DNA from: Methylotenera sp.
Lineage (GTDB): Bacteria; Pseudomonadota; Gammaproteobacteria; Burkholderiales; Methylophilaceae
DNA: 64,000 nt
Direction of reading: 5' to 3'
Assembly: GCF_013141425.1 (NCBI RefSeq)
Contig: NZ_JABFRA010000008.1
Span: 4,226 to 68,225 of the forward strand
Shown: piece by piece, positions 28,911-39,022 of the stretch
Layout of the letters: every line of letters starts with the position of its first letter
Position numbering within the stretch: position 1 is the first letter of the stretch
Program-made: the position numbers and the translations under genes
The notes under the pieces: generated by a model
Seen by the model: only the letters and a program-made list of their open reading frames with translations
What the model was told of the DNA's origin: nothing
Database searches by the model: none

Positions 28911-30674
28911 TTAATAAACACGCGCTTTAGGCTCAAAGCTTTCTACTGTCTGCGGTTTTAGGCGCACAGGCTTGTATGCCAAGCGATTGCCATCGCGGTA
29001 GTAGAGTGAGTGTTTGAGCCAATTTTTATCATCGCGCTCAGCAAAGTCTTCGCGAGCATGGGCACCACGGCTTTCAGTGCGTGCTTCGGCGGCATGCATG
29101 GTTGCTAGAGCCACTTCAACTAGATTATCCAACTCAAGCGCCTCAACTCTGGCCGTGTTAAACACTTGGCTTTTATCTTTAATCACTGTGTTTTTGGCGC
29201 GTTCAGCCACTTGGTCTATTTCTCCCACGCCTTCTTGTAACAAGTCAGGGAAGCGAAATACGCCACAATGCGTTTGCATGGTTTGACGCAACGCAGTACC
29301 AACATCCTTCACACTTTCACCTTGCGTTTGTGTGTCCAAGCGGTTTAATCTGGCTAAAGTCTTATCGAATGCGTCAGAAGGTAGTGGTTTATGAGCATTA
29401 TCTTTTCTCACTTCTTCAACCATTTTGTCACCTGCTGCGCGGCCAAACACCACTAAATCCAATAAAGAATTAGAGCCTAATCGGTTGGCACCATGCACTG
29501 AAACACAAGCGCATTCGCCCACGGCATACAAGCCATTAACTACAGACTGGCCACCGCCGGTATCTGGCACAACAACTTGGCCCTGTAGATTAGTGGGAAT
29601 ACCGCCCATCATGTAGTGCGCCGTTGGCACAATTGGAATCGGGTCGTAAACAGGGTCAACATTGGCAAAGGTTTTGGCGATTTCACGTATGCCAGGCAAT
29701 TTATCATTGATTAACTTTTCACCTAAGTGATCAAGTTTTAAATATACTGCATCTTTGTTTTTACCCACGCCACGGCCTTCTTTAATTTCAGTAGCTGTCG
29801 CACGTGAAACTACATCGCGGCTGGCTAAGTCTTTTGCATGTGGCGCGTAGCGTTCCATAAAGCGCTCGCCTTCGCTATTAACCAAATAGCCACCTTCGCC
29901 ACGTACACCTTCAGTAATCAACACGCCTGCATTCAATACACCGGTTGGGTGAAATTGCCAGAACTCCATGTCTTGCAATGGAATATTGGCTCGCGCCGCC
30001 ATGCCTAAACCATCACCTGTATTAATGAACGCGTTGGTGCTGGCTTTAAATATGCGGCCTGCGCCGCCAGTCGCCAATAGCGTGGCTTTTGCACGTATGC
30101 AATGCACTTCGCCTGTTTCAATTTCTAACGCTAAAACGCCGAGCACATCACCATCTGCATCACGTAACAAATCCAGCGCCAACCATTCCACAAAAAACTG
30201 CGTATTCGATTGAATATTGCGTTGATAAAGCGTGTGCAACATGGCATGACCTGTTCTATCTGCCACCGCACAGGTGCGTGAGATGGCACTTTCGCCAAAG
30301 TTTTGCGTCATGCCCCCAAATGGGCGTTGGAATATCTTGCCATTTTCTAAGCGATCAAACGGCATGCCGAAATGTTCAAGCTCATAAATCGCTGCAGCGG
30401 CGTTTTTACACATAAACTCAATCGCATCTTGGTCGCCTAAATAATCCGAGCCTTTGATGGTGTCGTACATGTGCCATAACCATTTGTCATCCGCCACGTT
30501 GCCAAGTGCCGCAGCAATGCCGCCCTGCGCTGCGACCGTATGCGAGCGTGTAGGAAATACTTTAGACAATACCGCCACTTTTAAGCCAGACTGTGCCAAT
30601 TGCAATGATGCACGCAAACCAGCACCACCACCGCCAACCACTAAAGCATCAAATATTTGAGTTTCTAACGCCAT
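28911..30674 (-). CDS. sdhA: Succinate dehydrogenase flavoprotein subunit
   Basis: 587-aa ORF with the FAD fold [11 protein letters not shown], the covalent-FAD His context [10 protein letters not shown], and HGANRLG. Confidence 0.95.
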   Translation of the reverse strand: MALETQIFDALVVGGGGAGLRASLQLAQSGLKVAVLSKVFPTRSHTVAAQGGIAAALGNVADDKWLWHMYDTIKGSDYLGDQDAIEFMCKNAAAAIYELEHFGMPFDRLENGKIFQRPFGGMTQNFGESAISRTCAVADRTGHAMLHTLYQRNIQSNTQFFVEWLALDLLRDADGDVLGVLALEIETGEVHCIRAKATLLATGGAGRIFKASTNAFINTGDGLGMAARANIPLQDMEFWQFHPTGVLNAGVLITEGVRGEGGYLVNSEGERFMERYAPHAKDLASRDVVSRATATEIKEGRGVGKNKDAVYLKLDHLGEKLINDKLPGIREIAKTFANVDPVYDPIPIVPTAHYMMGGIPTNLQGQVVVPDTGGGQSVVNGLYAVGECACVSVHGANRLGSNSLLDLVVFGRAAGDKMVEEVRKDNAHKPLPSDAFDKTLARLNRLDTQTQGESVKDVGTALRQTMQTHCGVFRFPDLLQEGVGEIDQVAERAKNTVIKDKSQVFNTARVEALELDNLVEVALATMHAAEARTESRGAHAREDFAERDDKNWLKHSLYYRDGNRLAYKPVRLKPQTVESFEPKARVY

Positions 30675-30744
30675 CTCGATTAAACCTTAAAATAAAATTA
30701 TTTTTTATAACTACTGCTATTATGAGTAGAACAATCTATTCAAA

Positions 30745-31089
30745 TTAAGCCAACATAAGCCACCCAGCCCAAGCCAAATATATCCATAACAACGCCAGCA
30801 AAATCTTTTGTAAGACCATTTGCAAACCATAGTTCGGTACATAGTCTTTAAATACATCACGAATGCCTAACCAAGCATGTAGAGACAGCGCCAGCCAAAA
30901 TAGCAAACTAGCAATACGCCACCAGATTGGCTGAAAGAAACTTAGCCATGCTTCGTAACTTTCTGGCTGAAGGATAAAAAACCTTAGCAAAGCAAGCACA
31001 CTGTATATTGCCATCACAAGACCGGTAAGCCTTTGTGTAAGCCATGCGCGCATACCTGGATATCGTTTTGTAAGCAGTTCTAGTAGCAT
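30745..31089 (-). CDS. sdhD: Succinate dehydrogenase hydrophobic membrane anchor
   Basis: 114-aa ORF with three TM helices and LHAWLGIRDVFKDYV. Its position lies between sdhC and sdhA. Confidence 0.8.
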   Translation of the reverse strand: MLLELLTKRYPGMRAWLTQRLTGLVMAIYSVLALLRFFILQPESYEAWLSFFQPIWWRIASLLFWLALSLHAWLGIRDVFKDYVPNYGLQMVLQKILLALLWIYLAWAGWLMLA

Positions 31090-31107
31090 GCTGTTAAATC
31101 CAAAAGC

Positions 31108-31533
31108 CTATATCCATAATTGAATCGCCAAAGCGATAGTCGCAATAGCTCCAAACACCAGCACCAATTTACTGGTATAACGTGCTTTCATCAGCGAAGT
31201 CATCCAATGTATATCCATGGCCAAGTGACGAATACCTGCAAAGAAGTGATGAAAAAATGCCCAAGCCACCCCTAGCAGTATTAACTTTACAAGGGGGGAA
31301 TGCAGAATATTAACCACCATTTGATATTGTTCGGCAGAGCTTAATGAGAGCTGCACCAGCAACAATATCAAGGGCAAGATTAAAAATAATAAACATCCAG
31401 TGGCACGATGTAAGATTGAAACCAAGGCATTAATCGGCAAACGAATCGTGAATAGATTGAGGTTTTTTGGTCGACTCAACTGACCAGGTCTTAGCTTTTT
31501 CGTTTCGTTATGTTTTTGTTGATTGTTTTGCAT
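31108..31533 (-). CDS. sdhC: Succinate dehydrogenase cytochrome b556 subunit
   Basis: It has the heme-ligand context SILHRATG and three TM helices. I use the ATG at 31533 (MQNNQQ...), 10 nt after the malic-enzyme stop. The track start at 31569 would overlap that gene. Confidence 0.8.
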   Translation of the reverse strand: MQNNQQKHNETKKLRPGQLSRPKNLNLFTIRLPINALVSILHRATGCLLFLILPLILLLVQLSLSSAEQYQMVVNILHSPLVKLILLGVAWAFFHHFFAGIRHLAMDIHWMTSLMKARYTSKLVLVFGAIATIALAIQLWI

Positions 31534-31543
31534 GTTCAAACTC

Positions 31544-32749
31544 TCAGGCTTGATGCAATCTAGCGGCATCGGCTACTGCGCCAGAAACCCGCGATAACAA
31601 GCGTTTATCGAATGGTTTTGGAATAATGTATTCCTTGCCAAAACTTAAGCTTGTTAAGTTATAAGCCGCCAATACATCTTCTGGTACAGGCTCGTGTGCA
31701 AGTGCAGCCAAAGCGCGGGCCGCAGCGATTTGCATTTCGTCGGTAATTTGTTTGGCTTTAGCATCTAATGCACCACGGAACAAATATGGGAAACAGAGTG
31801 CGTTATTCACTTGATTTGGAAAATCTGATCGCCCCGTTGCCATCAAAATATCATCGCGCACCGCGTGCGCCAAACTAGGTAAGATTTCAGGATCTGGATT
31901 TGCCAAGGCAAATACCACTGGTTTTGGCGCCATCAATTTAAGTAACACTGGCGATAAGGCATTGGCGGCTGAAACACCAATAAACACATCTGCGTTCGGC
32001 ATCACATCTGCAAGAGTTTTCGCATCACTTGGCACAACCGCTAAATGGCGATTATTGTCATGCAAATCCGCACGCGATGTATCCAAAACACCGGATTTAT
32101 CTACCATGGTGATATTGGTTGCGCCCATTAACTTAAGCAGGCGCGCACAGGAACAACCAGCTGCGCCCGCACCTAAAAACACGATTTTAGCCGTTGGTAA
32201 GGTTTTACCTTGAAGCTCTAAGGCATTAGACAAAGCCGCCGCCACAATTACCGCCGTTCCATGCTGGTCATCATGAAACACCGGAATATCTAAACGTGCA
32301 CGCAACTCATTTTCGATTCTAAAACAGTGTGGTGCGGCAATATCTTCAAGATTAATGCCACCGAAAGTTGGTGCAATATTCACCACTGTTTCGATAAACG
32401 CCTCAATTGTTGGTGCATTCACCTCAATATCAAACACATCGATACCAGCAAAGTGCTTAAACAACACAGCTTTACCTTCCATCACTGGTTTACTAGCTAA
32501 CGGCCCCATATTACCTAACCCCAGCACCGCAGTTCCGTCAGTAATTACCGCCACTAAATTACCTTTATTGGTATATTTATACGCCAATGCAGGGTCACGA
32601 TTGATTTCACGCACCGGCACCGCCACTCCTGGCGTATAGGCTAAGGATAAATCCTCTTGTGTTGCACATGGTTTAGATGACTCTACGGAAAGCTTACCCG
32701 GCTTAGGAAACTCATGATAATCAAGTGCGCGTTTTTTTAAATCGTCCAT
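31544..32749 (-). CDS. NAD(P)-dependent malic enzyme, short form without a phosphotransacetylase-like domain
   Basis: MDDLKKRALDYHEFPKPGKLSV matches the MaeB-type N-terminus. The protein also has AYTPGVA and the Rossmann motif FLGAGAAG. It is about 400 aa long, so it has no C-terminal PTA domain. Confidence 0.9.
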   Translation of the reverse strand: MDDLKKRALDYHEFPKPGKLSVESSKPCATQEDLSLAYTPGVAVPVREINRDPALAYKYTNKGNLVAVITDGTAVLGLGNMGPLASKPVMEGKAVLFKHFAGIDVFDIEVNAPTIEAFIETVVNIAPTFGGINLEDIAAPHCFRIENELRARLDIPVFHDDQHGTAVIVAAALSNALELQGKTLPTAKIVFLGAGAAGCSCARLLKLMGATNITMVDKSGVLDTSRADLHDNNRHLAVVPSDAKTLADVMPNADVFIGVSAANALSPVLLKLMAPKPVVFALANPDPEILPSLAHAVRDDILMATGRSDFPNQVNNALCFPYLFRGALDAKAKQITDEMQIAAARALAALAHEPVPEDVLAAYNLTSLSFGKEYIIPKPFDKRLLSRVSGAVADAARLHQA

Positions 32750-32914
32750 TTTTCTCAATACCTTTTCAGGGGTTAGGTTTTTTTATGTTTAATATCTGTT
32801 CAATCTGTGCTTTCCAAAACTTGCAATAGCAAGAAAGGTAAACGCAGGCAATACTTTAGTACGACAAGTACAGCCTGACGACGCTAGTGCATGTTTTAAA
32901 AAGTACAAAAAACA

Positions 32915-33652
32915 CTATTCAAGCTCGTTCATATAGTGATGGTTATCAGTAATACACAACCCCAATCGCCATTCCATCGGCTTATCACCATAAGTAAATG
33001 AAACGCGCTCAATACTTAATAAAGGCTCACCTTCTTTTAACCCTAAGGCCTTCGCCACCTCACCTTTAGCTGCCACTGCCTTTAAGCGCTCTTCTGCGCG
33101 TATCATGCGCACACCAAATTCGGATTCATATAAGCTGTACATCGAACCGTTATTTTCTTCAACCTTGTTGCCATTCAAGCCTTTAAACGGCGCAGCCGGT
33201 ACAATGATGTGATCAAAAATTAACGGCCTACCTGAAAATGTCAGCAACCGTTTTATTTCTATAGTTGAAGCCCCTGCTTTCAAATCCAGCACTTGCCCCA
33301 TGTGTACATCGGCCTTGCCTTTGGTGCATGAAATAAATTCGTTTTGCAGTAATTCCTTTTGACCGTCAACTGAGGTCAGCCTTAAGAAACGTAACTTCAT
33401 ACCTTCGGCACTATGGGTTGCAACAAAAGTACCTTTGCCTTGACGTCGAATAAGTATGTTTTCCGTCGCCAATGCATCAATCGCCTTTCTCACAGTGCCT
33501 TGGCTAACCTTATAGCGACCTGCCAACTCAATCTCGCTTGGAATCATATCGCCAGGCCGCCATTCGCCGCCGATTAAACTTTGCGTTAACAACACCTTTA
33601 TTTGGTCATATAAAGGTTTATAACTTGGAGAGTTGTAATATTTGTCTATCAT
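32915..33652 (-). CDS. GntR-family (HutC/UTRA subfamily) transcription regulator
   Basis: 245-aa ORF with the winged-HTH IPSEIELAGRYKVSQGTVRKAIDAL and a C-terminal UTRA-like effector domain. Confidence 0.85.
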   Translation of the reverse strand: MIDKYYNSPSYKPLYDQIKVLLTQSLIGGEWRPGDMIPSEIELAGRYKVSQGTVRKAIDALATENILIRRQGKGTFVATHSAEGMKLRFLRLTSVDGQKELLQNEFISCTKGKADVHMGQVLDLKAGASTIEIKRLLTFSGRPLIFDHIIVPAAPFKGLNGNKVEENNGSMYSLYESEFGVRMIRAEERLKAVAAKGEVAKALGLKEGEPLLSIERVSFTYGDKPMEWRLGLCITDNHHYMNELE

Positions 33653-33794
33653 AGCGTTTGCTTATATCGTTAAGTTACTTGGCTTAAGTTACGTGGCACT
33701 TAAGCCAACAAAAAGTTAATTTACAGATAATTATTGGCGTTAAATTTAATTAGGCTAATTTATATCATGTCTATTTTTAATAGTCTAGCATTTT

Positions 33795-33819
33795 ATATCT
33801 TATATAAGACATAAGATAT
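33795..33819. promoter_or_regulatory. Candidate operator: perfect 9-bp inverted repeat ATATCTTAT-N7-ATAAGATAT, with the embedded 12-bp palindrome TCTTATATAAGA
   Basis: Read directly from the sequence. It lies immediately upstream of the predicted -35 of the citE-like/prp operon, in the gntR-divergent intergenic region. Confidence 0.4.
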
Positions 33820-33822
33820 TTA

Positions 33823-33852
33823 TTGACATTTTTAAAACTCTCTCTATATAAT
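33823..33852 (+). promoter_or_regulatory. Sigma70-type promoter candidate for the citE-like/maoC/citE-like/prpBCD operon
   Basis: TTGACA (33823-33828), an 18-nt spacer, then TATAAT (33847-33852). It lies 38 nt upstream of the ATG at 33890. Confidence 0.5.
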
Positions 33853-33889
33853 CCAGTCAGCTAAATATGAATAGAATAAAGGCACCCCT

Positions 33890-34771
33890 ATGACCCAATA
33901 TTTTCGCCCTCGGCGCTCTATGCTTTACGTGCCTGGCTGCAACACGCATTACCTTGAGCGCGCACGCACATTGCATGCCGACTCCGTAATTTTGGATTTG
34001 GGCGACCCTATTCTGGTGGAATGTAAAGAAGAATCGCGTGACAATGTGGTGCGTTTTGTCAACGAAGGTGGTTATGGCTCTCGCGAGGTTGTGGTGCGGG
34101 TGAATGACTTAATATCGCAATGGGGGCCAGATGACATTAAAGCCATTGCAAAAACCAAAATTGATGCAGTGCTGTTTCCCAATATCGAATCGCGTGAAGA
34201 CGTACTCACAGCCATCGCATTATTAGATGCCGCTGGCGGCAGCCACTTACCTATCATGGTGATGATAGAAAGCCCGATTGCTGTATTAAATGCAAAAGAA
34301 ATCGCAGCCGCATCGGACCGCATCGCATGTATCGTCATGGCGACCTCTGATTTGATTTCACAACTTCATGCACGCGTAACACATGAGCGCTCTGCAATTT
34401 TAACTTCACTTTCCTTAGTGATTTTAGCTGCGCGCGCCTATGGCCACGCGGTGGTAGATGGCATCACCAGTGACTTTAAGAACATGCATTCATTTGAATA
34501 TGCCTGCCGTTTAGGCCGCGACATGGGGTTTGATGGTAAATCTTTGGTGCACCCTGCCCAGCTTGCCTACAGCAATGACGCTTACACTCCGCAAGCTTCA
34601 GAAGTAACTCATGCGCGCGAAATTATTGCAGCCCTTAAAGCCGCGAATGAAGCGGGTAAAGGCACGGTGGTGGTGCACGATAAATTAGTTGAGCGCCATC
34701 ATGTTAGAGCGGCAGAACGCCTTCTAAAACTCAGCGAAATGATTAAGACTTTGGAAGAAAGCCATGTCTAA
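33890..34771 (+). CDS. CitE-like acyl-CoA lyase (HpcH/HpaI family; malyl-/beta-methylmalyl-/citramalyl-CoA lyase class)
   Basis: 293-aa ORF with RSMLYVPG, VILDLGDP (a variant of DLED), VMIESP, ATSDL and KSLVHPAQ. Its stop overlaps the start of the next gene (ATGTCTAA). Confidence 0.8.
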   Translation: MTQYFRPRRSMLYVPGCNTHYLERARTLHADSVILDLGDPILVECKEESRDNVVRFVNEGGYGSREVVVRVNDLISQWGPDDIKAIAKTKIDAVLFPNIESREDVLTAIALLDAAGGSHLPIMVMIESPIAVLNAKEIAAASDRIACIVMATSDLISQLHARVTHERSAILTSLSLVILAARAYGHAVVDGITSDFKNMHSFEYACRLGRDMGFDGKSLVHPAQLAYSNDAYTPQASEVTHAREIIAALKAANEAGKGTVVVHDKLVERHHVRAAERLLKLSEMIKTLEESHV

Positions 34772-35852
34772 TACAACCAATACAATTTATGCCAGCAAAA
34801 TCAATACTGGCAACTACTTTGAAGACTTTAAGCTCAATCAAATTATTCAGCACGCCACAGCGCGCACGATTGGAGAGGGCGAAGTCGCTCTATACATCGC
34901 ACTCACTGGCTCCCGCCAAATTTTGCATTCAGCAGACACCGTAGCTCAATCACTGGGTTACAAGACTAGGCCCGTCGATGATTTATTAGCCTTTCATATT
35001 GCATTCGGCAAAACCGTACCCGATATTTCAGTAAATGCCGTGGCGAATTTAGGCTATGCTGACGTGCGCTTTTTGCAACCAGTGTATATTGGCGATACTC
35101 TAAGCACTAGCTCAACAGTGATTGGCTTAAAACAAAACTCCAACGGCAAATCAGGTGTCGTTTACGTGTGCTCCGTTTCTACAAACCAATTACAGCAGCC
35201 CGTGCTTTCATGGGTTCGTTGGGTGATGGTGCACAAAAATAATCTAGATGCGCCTGCACCTGAAACTGTTGTGCCGAATTTACCAAACCACGTACCTGCA
35301 GAAGAACTCAGCGTTCCTACATTTTTGGACGCTAGAAAATTCAATACTACAGTAACAGGCGGGCAGTATTTATGGAACGACTACGCGGTTGGCGAGCGCA
35401 TCAACCACCCTGCCGGCATCACAATCAGTGATACAGACCATACGCTAGCGACCAAGCTGTATCAAAACAATGCACGCTTGCATTTTGACGATTTGATCAT
35501 GAAAAAAACCGCCTTCGGCAGACGCCTCATGTACGGAGGCCACATCATCTCGCTTTGCCGCGCATTATCAAATGATGGCTTAGAAAACGCACTGAGCATA
35601 GTTGCCATAAACGGCGGCACGCACTGCAACCCATCATTTGGTGACGACACGATTTATACATGGACAGAAGTGCTGGACAAATGGACTTTACCAAACCGCA
35701 GCGATGTGGGTGCACTTAGATTACGCATGGTCGGTGTAAAAAACCTGCCCGCCGATGCGCTTGGAAGCACGCACATTACAACCGATGGCAAACAGACCTA
35801 CCTCCCGAACGTAGTATTAGATTTAGATTACACCGTGCTGATGCCACGGTAA
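34764..35852 (+). CDS. MaoC-family double hot-dog enoyl-CoA hydratase (mesaconyl-CoA / itaconyl-CoA hydratase-like)
   Basis: 362-aa ORF whose size fits two fused hot-dog folds. It contains GNYFEDFKLNQIIQH and AVANLGYADVRFLQPVYIGDTL, which I recall as typical of Mch/Ich-type hydratases. Confidence 0.75.
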   Translation: MSNTTNTIYASKINTGNYFEDFKLNQIIQHATARTIGEGEVALYIALTGSRQILHSADTVAQSLGYKTRPVDDLLAFHIAFGKTVPDISVNAVANLGYADVRFLQPVYIGDTLSTSSTVIGLKQNSNGKSGVVYVCSVSTNQLQQPVLSWVRWVMVHKNNLDAPAPETVVPNLPNHVPAEELSVPTFLDARKFNTTVTGGQYLWNDYAVGERINHPAGITISDTDHTLATKLYQNNARLHFDDLIMKKTAFGRRLMYGGHIISLCRALSNDGLENALSIVAINGGTHCNPSFGDDTIYTWTEVLDKWTLPNRSDVGALRLRMVGVKNLPADALGSTHITTDGKQTYLPNVVLDLDYTVLMPR

Positions 35853-35895
35853 GCAAATTAATAAAGACTTTAAGATAAAAGACATAGGAAAAACA

Positions 35896-36912
35896 ATGGC
35901 GACCACACAACAATTAGTTCACCCTAAAGATGCTTTATTTGGTGGGGAAAAATCATTTCCTATCATCCCATCTTGCGAGCATTTTGCAGGTAGCGAAAAG
36001 CTAATTCTTAAAGCCTTATCAATGCAAGATACCAATAATCCAAATGCTGTCGGTCCAGTATTCGACATCACCTGCGACTGTGAAGATGGTGCGCAAGCAG
36101 GTCAAGAACGAGAACACGCAGAAATGATTGTGCGCTTACTTACTAGCGAGGCCAATAAATACAAAATGGCAGGTGCGCGCATTCACGATTACACCAATAG
36201 CTACTGGAAACAAGATGTGGATATTTTGGTGGCGGGTGCAGGAAAAGTTTTAAGCTACATCACCATTCCAAAATGCACCACTTACGCTCAAGCCAGTGAA
36301 ATGATTGCCTACATCCAAAAAGTGGCTACTTTCAACGGTGTTGAACGTTTAATTCCAGTACATATCCTGATGGAAACACATGGCGCATTAAAAGCTGTGC
36401 ATGAAATTGCGACGTTACCTTGGGTGCAAGTATTAGATTTTGGTTTAATGGACTTTGTTAGCGGCCATCATGGCGCAATTCCAGCCTCTGCCATGCGAAG
36501 TCCAGGCCAATTTGACCACCGCTTACTCGCTCGCGCTAAAGCTGAGTTAGTTGCAGCAGCTCTAGCCAATGGGGTAGTACCAGCGCACAACGTAACACTT
36601 GATCTGAAAAATGTAGAAACCACACGCTCAGACGCCTCACGTGCGCGCAACGAATTTGGCTTCTTGCGCATGTGGAGCATTTACCCAACGCAAATCGAAG
36701 CGATTGTGGATGCGATGAAGCCGAACTTTGATGAAGTGCAAGATGGCGCAAACATACTTTTAGCCGCTCAAAAAGCGGATTGGGGCCCAATTCAATACGA
36801 TGGAGAGCTTCACGACAGAGCAACTTATCGTTATTTCTGGGAAATTCTACAAAAGGCAAAACTCACCTTGGTCAATATTCCAGATGAGGCTATTAAAGCC
36901 TTCTTCAGTTAA
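35896..36912 (+). CDS. Divergent CitE/HpcH-HpaI-family lyase-like protein
   Basis: 338-aa ORF with FDITCDCEDGA (a variant of DLED), ILMETHGA and FGLMDF, arranged as in CitE-type TIM barrels. Confidence 0.65.
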   Translation: MATTQQLVHPKDALFGGEKSFPIIPSCEHFAGSEKLILKALSMQDTNNPNAVGPVFDITCDCEDGAQAGQEREHAEMIVRLLTSEANKYKMAGARIHDYTNSYWKQDVDILVAGAGKVLSYITIPKCTTYAQASEMIAYIQKVATFNGVERLIPVHILMETHGALKAVHEIATLPWVQVLDFGLMDFVSGHHGAIPASAMRSPGQFDHRLLARAKAELVAAALANGVVPAHNVTLDLKNVETTRSDASRARNEFGFLRMWSIYPTQIEAIVDAMKPNFDEVQDGANILLAAQKADWGPIQYDGELHDRATYRYFWEILQKAKLTLVNIPDEAIKAFFS

Positions 36913-36941
36913 TTTTTAATATATACATTTAGGTAGTTAAT

Positions 36942-37826
36942 ATGACACAAGCAGCCACAGCTGGGGCACGATTTCGTGCCGCTCTAAAAGCAGAAAGACC
37001 GCTACAAATCATCGGTGCAATCAACGCCTATCACGCGATGCTCGCCACTCAGAGTGAATTCAAAGCCATTTATTTATCTGGTGGCGGTGTTGCGGCTGGC
37101 TCACTTGGTTTGCCAGATTTAGGCATTTCAACCCTTGAAGATGTGCTAATTGATGTGCGCCGTATCACCGATGCAGTAGATACACCATTATTAGTGGATA
37201 TTGATACCGGCTGGGGTGGGGCTTTTAATATTGCACGTAGCGTAAAAAGCATTGCCAAAGCGGGTGCCGCTGCAGTGCATATTGAAGACCAAGTGTCAGC
37301 TAAACGCTGCGGTCATCGCCCAAACAAAGCGATTGTTAGCCTTGAAGAAATGGTTGACCGTGTAAAAGCTGCTGTTGACGCAAAACCTTACGATGATTTC
37401 GTCATTATGGCGCGTACTGATGCGTTGGCTGTAGAAGGTTTGCAATCAGCCATTGACCGTGCTTGCGCCTGTGCTGAAGCCGGTGCTGACATGATTTTCC
37501 CAGAAGCAATTACTGAGCTCAGCATGTATAAACGATTTGCAGCTACCGTTAAAGTGCCAGTGTTAGCCAACATAACCGAATTTGGTAGCACGCCTTTATT
37601 CACGGTGGATGAGCTACGCGGGGCAGACGTAAGCATGGTGCTATACCCACTTTCAGCCTTCCGCGCCATGAACCAAGCAGCGCTTACAGTTTACCAAGCC
37701 GTGAAAAATGATGGTACACAAAAAAACGTCGTCGACATCATGCAAACTCGCATGGATTTATATGATCACTTGGGCTACCACGCTTTCGAACAAAAACTAG
37801 ACGCGCTATTTAGAGGAGAAAAGTAG
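36942..37826 (+). CDS. prpB: 2-methylisocitrate lyase
   Basis: 294-aa ORF with [10 protein letters not shown] and [16 protein letters not shown], the ICL/PEP-mutase superfamily PrpB signature. Confidence 0.9.
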   Translation: MTQAATAGARFRAALKAERPLQIIGAINAYHAMLATQSEFKAIYLSGGGVAAGSLGLPDLGISTLEDVLIDVRRITDAVDTPLLVDIDTGWGGAFNIARSVKSIAKAGAAAVHIEDQVSAKRCGHRPNKAIVSLEEMVDRVKAAVDAKPYDDFVIMARTDALAVEGLQSAIDRACACAEAGADMIFPEAITELSMYKRFAATVKVPVLANITEFGSTPLFTVDELRGADVSMVLYPLSAFRAMNQAALTVYQAVKNDGTQKNVVDIMQTRMDLYDHLGYHAFEQKLDALFRGEK

Positions 37827-37827
37827 C

Positions 37828-38988
37828 ATGACCGCAACCACTCAAACCACTACTGAAGCCCCTAAAAAGAAAAAAGGCGTAGCACTAGCTGGCGTTTCTG
37901 CTGGCACAACGGCCATTTGTACCGTCGGCCACACTGGCAATGACTTACACTATCGTGGCTACGATATTATCGAACTCGCTAAAAGCGCGACATTTGAAGA
38001 AGTCGCTTACCTGCTGATTCATGGTGAGTTACCTAACAAAACCGAGCTAGCTGCTTATCACGCTAAACTAAAAAAATTACGCGATATTCCTAACGCACTA
38101 AAATTGGTGTTGGAGCAAATCCCTAAAAACACCCATCCGATGGATGTGATGCGCACAGGTTGTGCCATGTTGGGCACGCTAGAACCAGAAGTAGCTGACC
38201 GCAATACCAAAGCAGCGCAAGATTTAGGTGACAAACTCATTTCCTGTTTCGGTTCAATTTTGCTGTACTGGTATCACTTTAGTCACAACGGCAAACGTGT
38301 GAATTTAGAAACTGAGGACAACAGTATTGCAGCACACTTCTTACATGTTTTACACGGCAAAGCACCCAGTCAGTTACACATCGATGCAATGAATACATCG
38401 CTCGTGTTATACGCAGAGCATGAATTTAACGCCTCTACGTTCACAGCTCGTGTAATTGCAGGCACATTGTCTGACATGTTCAGCTGTATTACTGGCGCGA
38501 TTGGAGCCTTGCGTGGCGCTAAACATGGCGGTGCAAATGAAGCGGCAATGGAAATTATCGAACGCTATAAAAATGCCGACGAAGCTGAAGCGGATATTTT
38601 AGAGCGCATGGCACGCAAAGAAATCATCATTGGTTTTGGTCACCCTGTGTACACTATTGCCGACCCAAGAAATGAGTCAATCAAAGCAGTTAGCCGCAAG
38701 TTATGCGAAGATGCCGGCAATATGAAGCTTTTTGAAATCTCATCTCGCATTGAAGAAGTGATGTGGCGCGAGAAGAAAATGTTCCCAAATCTAGATTGGT
38801 ACAGCGCATCTAGCTACCACATGATGGGTATTCCTACAGGTATGTTCACGCCGATTTTTGTCATTTCACGTACAACAGGTTGGGTTGCGCATGTAATCGA
38901 GCAACGCATTGATAACAAAATAATTCGCCCAAATGCTGAGTACATTGGCCCAGACAATCGCCCTTATGTGCCTTTAGATAAACGTTAA
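37828..38988 (+). CDS. prpC: 2-methylcitrate synthase
   Basis: 386-aa ORF with citrate-synthase family blocks ([20 protein letters not shown]). The ATG lies 1 nt after the prpB stop. Confidence 0.9.
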   Translation: MTATTQTTTEAPKKKKGVALAGVSAGTTAICTVGHTGNDLHYRGYDIIELAKSATFEEVAYLLIHGELPNKTELAAYHAKLKKLRDIPNALKLVLEQIPKNTHPMDVMRTGCAMLGTLEPEVADRNTKAAQDLGDKLISCFGSILLYWYHFSHNGKRVNLETEDNSIAAHFLHVLHGKAPSQLHIDAMNTSLVLYAEHEFNASTFTARVIAGTLSDMFSCITGAIGALRGAKHGGANEAAMEIIERYKNADEAEADILERMARKEIIIGFGHPVYTIADPRNESIKAVSRKLCEDAGNMKLFEISSRIEEVMWREKKMFPNLDWYSASSYHMMGIPTGMFTPIFVISRTTGWVAHVIEQRIDNKIIRPNAEYIGPDNRPYVPLDKR

Positions 38989-39022
38989 TTTTTTAAAATA
39001 GTTCAATTATAGAAAGCGTCTC

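Noticed and set aside
31534-31569. Longer N-termini offered by the ORF track for sdhC (31569). The same applies to purB (TTG 41278), wrbA (48281), the malic enzyme (32758) and yqhA (17267).
   Set aside because: The extensions overlap upstream genes or add residues absent from the conserved family N-termini. Internal ATGs give the lengths and N-terminal sequences expected for these families.
33653-33889. Possible replication origin. Gene orientation switches from almost all minus (1.9-33.6 kb) to all plus (33.9-50 kb) at a very AT-rich spacer.
   Set aside because: The spacer contains no DnaA-box matches (TTATCCACA or its complement). No dnaA, dnaN, gidA or parAB genes lie nearby. The spacer is fully explained as a divergent promoter/operator region. 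A cumulative GC-skew calculation on the whole replicon would be needed to revisit this.
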